This document shows positions 63,301 through 64,000 of a DNA stretch of 64,000 nt, one piece after another. Made by a program: the position numbers and the translations under genes. The stretch covers positions 62,001 through 126,000 of the forward strand of contig CBFFRQ010000056.1 of the NCBI GenBank assembly GCA_965644315.1, given 5' to 3'. The first letter of the stretch is position 1; every line of letters starts with the position of its first letter. The notes under the pieces are model-generated. The model was given only the letters and a program-made list of their open reading frames with translations. It did no database searches and was not told the origin of the DNA. This DNA is from Caecitellus pseudoparvulus (Eukaryota; Protista; Bigyra: Bicosoecida).

Positions 63301-64000
63301 GTGCCCCACTCCCGGGTTCACCGGAACTGCCGTCACGTGCGCCACGGCCCGGCTTGCAACTTCATCCACGATGGCATCGCGGCTGACACCCATCACCTGC
63401 GCAGCTGCAAAGCCTGTGCCAACGCCGCCACTAGTGGTGGACACACCTGCTCTCTCAGCCAGCTCACGCAGCACTGTATCCACTGCATCCCCAGTGGCAG
63501 GCGAGGTCTGCTGCTGAGCCCAGGCGCCAGCGACGCTGCCCGGCACCGCTGCCTCTGCCGCACCACCTTGCCGTGAGGTACGTCTTCGCAGTCCCTTCAC
63601 ACGAGCCGCCACGACAGCTGACGGGACGGCGATGGAGCTGGACACCCACGAACCTTGCACAGCGCCCACTGGGCCATGATTCGTGACGGGTGCCGCTTCG
63701 GCCAGTGCTTGGGTCGCAGGCGCTGTCGTGACACCCAGCGCTTGTGTGCTGATGCCGCTGGGCCCATCCACACCTGACACGACAGAGGACGCCGCAGTCA
63801 GAGGCGACGTCGCACTGCCGCCACCATACATGGTCTCCCCCAGGCCCGCCACCACGAAGTGCGAGCGCAGTTCATACCCCATGGAGTGAATGTCCAGGCA
63901 CGCATCTGGCGGGTGGGGGGCGCCGACGATGGGGTAGTCGTCTTCCCCAGCTGCCCCGACCAGACGGTGCCACGCCACGCCACCCTCTCCGTCCCCCTCC
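60313..64000 (-). CDS. Large coiled-coil protein with GAF-like domains (5' end beyond window)
   Basis: ORF of at least 1221 aa. VVCLPF...VQGVLQVV and GPAGDAFERRQVV...AVAVPL...LGALYV...YDEAQVNML are GAF-like, with coiled coils between and after. Confidence 0.6.
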   Translation of the reverse strand, partial: EGDGEGGVAWHRLVGAAGEDDYPIVGAPHPPDACLDIHSMGYELRSHFVVAGLGETMYGGGSATSPLTAASSVVSGVDGPSGISTQALGVTTAPATQALAEAAPVTNHGPVGAVQGSWVSSSIAVPSAVVAARVKGLRRRTSRQGGAAEAAVPGSVAGAWAQQQTSPATGDAVDTVLRELAERAGVSTTSGGVGTGFAAAQVMGVSRDAIVDEVASRAVAHVTAVPVNPGVGHLVDCGKDAGDLLALAAQAEAAAAASQQAASAREAAYVSENRSVMGGASTTLGSTARGAGEPQPGAGFSDQPVPGLFSGDDGHLPLTTTGLDNADAGARASAHGCTPFGVVQLITVKPRVSRTTRLAESGSAKHRSRAARAAQAEAQRQMLMRVYAHTLGAAAAGLVWELTSFSVQRSGAARLHRAVAFMKSVRLAYGAVRQQWAAERAQAMVSKAAAKGALATLSSVGDALGAVHEEHVSDSLDWAAEQLEDREVSPDVSGLDDAPHTPPQAAAPQPPSTLSVDAFRALRDMLGATMAAATKSIPAVAGAAAAVMWWRMSRVLAERCGLLQGQGGLQNASPVRGSQHPDATDGSVHGEHVWISVVPESSGSSGTDARIFVLADGEGLASGAASSRRPVIAGDASGRDERYEAPEGRALRAAMSAALSQDVVDLAALVAPEEPLTARSMLIHGPAGPSRGGHARHSTHESSIALGTVVCLPFLPPRHRGRGQVQGVLQVVLLRSSRGTSADALGHLKPVMRTMVSVGGLIAGLQGIVDEAERVLAAHSTGTATVQALQEQRRSLHLRSLEQEEAADQAASLAREQDAELLAVTQQLEATRASTARERHVTRLFEAAMSHLWTPLLRPMQSMPVLQALQLAHPDQQWEVQGSVAPTAPLTRWCHGLAVDLGAACVRLYLSAEEIGQLVRASDPLSSAYGDDATDASSVLTSIGRESLLLAAAADVDAEGAASSEGRIMRSVAGPAGDAFERRQVVQSRPTPEAAPMAVAVPLLVAAEQASALDTVGQHVAQFHCLGALYVQPEPGTAYDEAQVNMLALTGSLLCGSLMQYAAWGNMMAAACDARSARERVREAQREAEQARLTMEQATLAAKGADAAAKEARSDAQAAVAAREAAVQAARELEGELDACETALVAVRGREAMLREQIVKYREMEVALEAANAESVRKDGQLSRLQTALAEMRAQFETIIRARNSRRNQEKAVAAVEHSSPAGGSAST

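Noticed and set aside
1-64000. Prokaryotic operon or defence island, CRISPR array, transposon or endogenous virus
   Set aside because: Spliceosomal introns and eukaryotic genes occur throughout. I saw no repeat-spacer array, transposase, integrase, capsid gene, terminal repeats or large compositional shift.

Overview
This is gene-dense, GC-rich eukaryotic nuclear DNA with short GT-AG introns (mostly about 60-130 nt) and very short intergenic gaps. It is not prokaryotic. A Rab1A-type paralog and a set of cilium genes (SAS6L, RSP2-like, PACRG, CFAP45) point to a flagellated SAR-clade protist, possibly a heterotrophic stramenopile (inference). About 28 protein genes are supported, and most are housekeeping: RPL18A, STRAP, THOC1, ENGase, XPF, mitochondrial Lon, Rpn6, N6AMT1, KDSR, a cathepsin-like protease, an amidase and a CD36-like receptor. 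The ORF track misses the main signals. (1) A selenophosphate synthetase has an in-frame TGA at the catalytic Sec position and a non-canonical SECIS-shaped hairpin in its 3' UTR. (2) The palindrome AATGCATT sits in five convergent stop-to-stop gaps, and sense AATGCA follows tandem genes, suggesting a bidirectional poly(A) signal. (3) An intronic box C/D snoRNA has an 18S-complementary guide. (4) GCGGAAAT recurs near start codons. (5) Several proteins are unusual: an ENGase with an FBA-like lectin insert, a GKAP1-like protein and a ZIP4-like meiosis protein. No CRISPR array, tRNA, rRNA or mobile element was seen. All family calls rest on motif recognition by eye, not on database searches.
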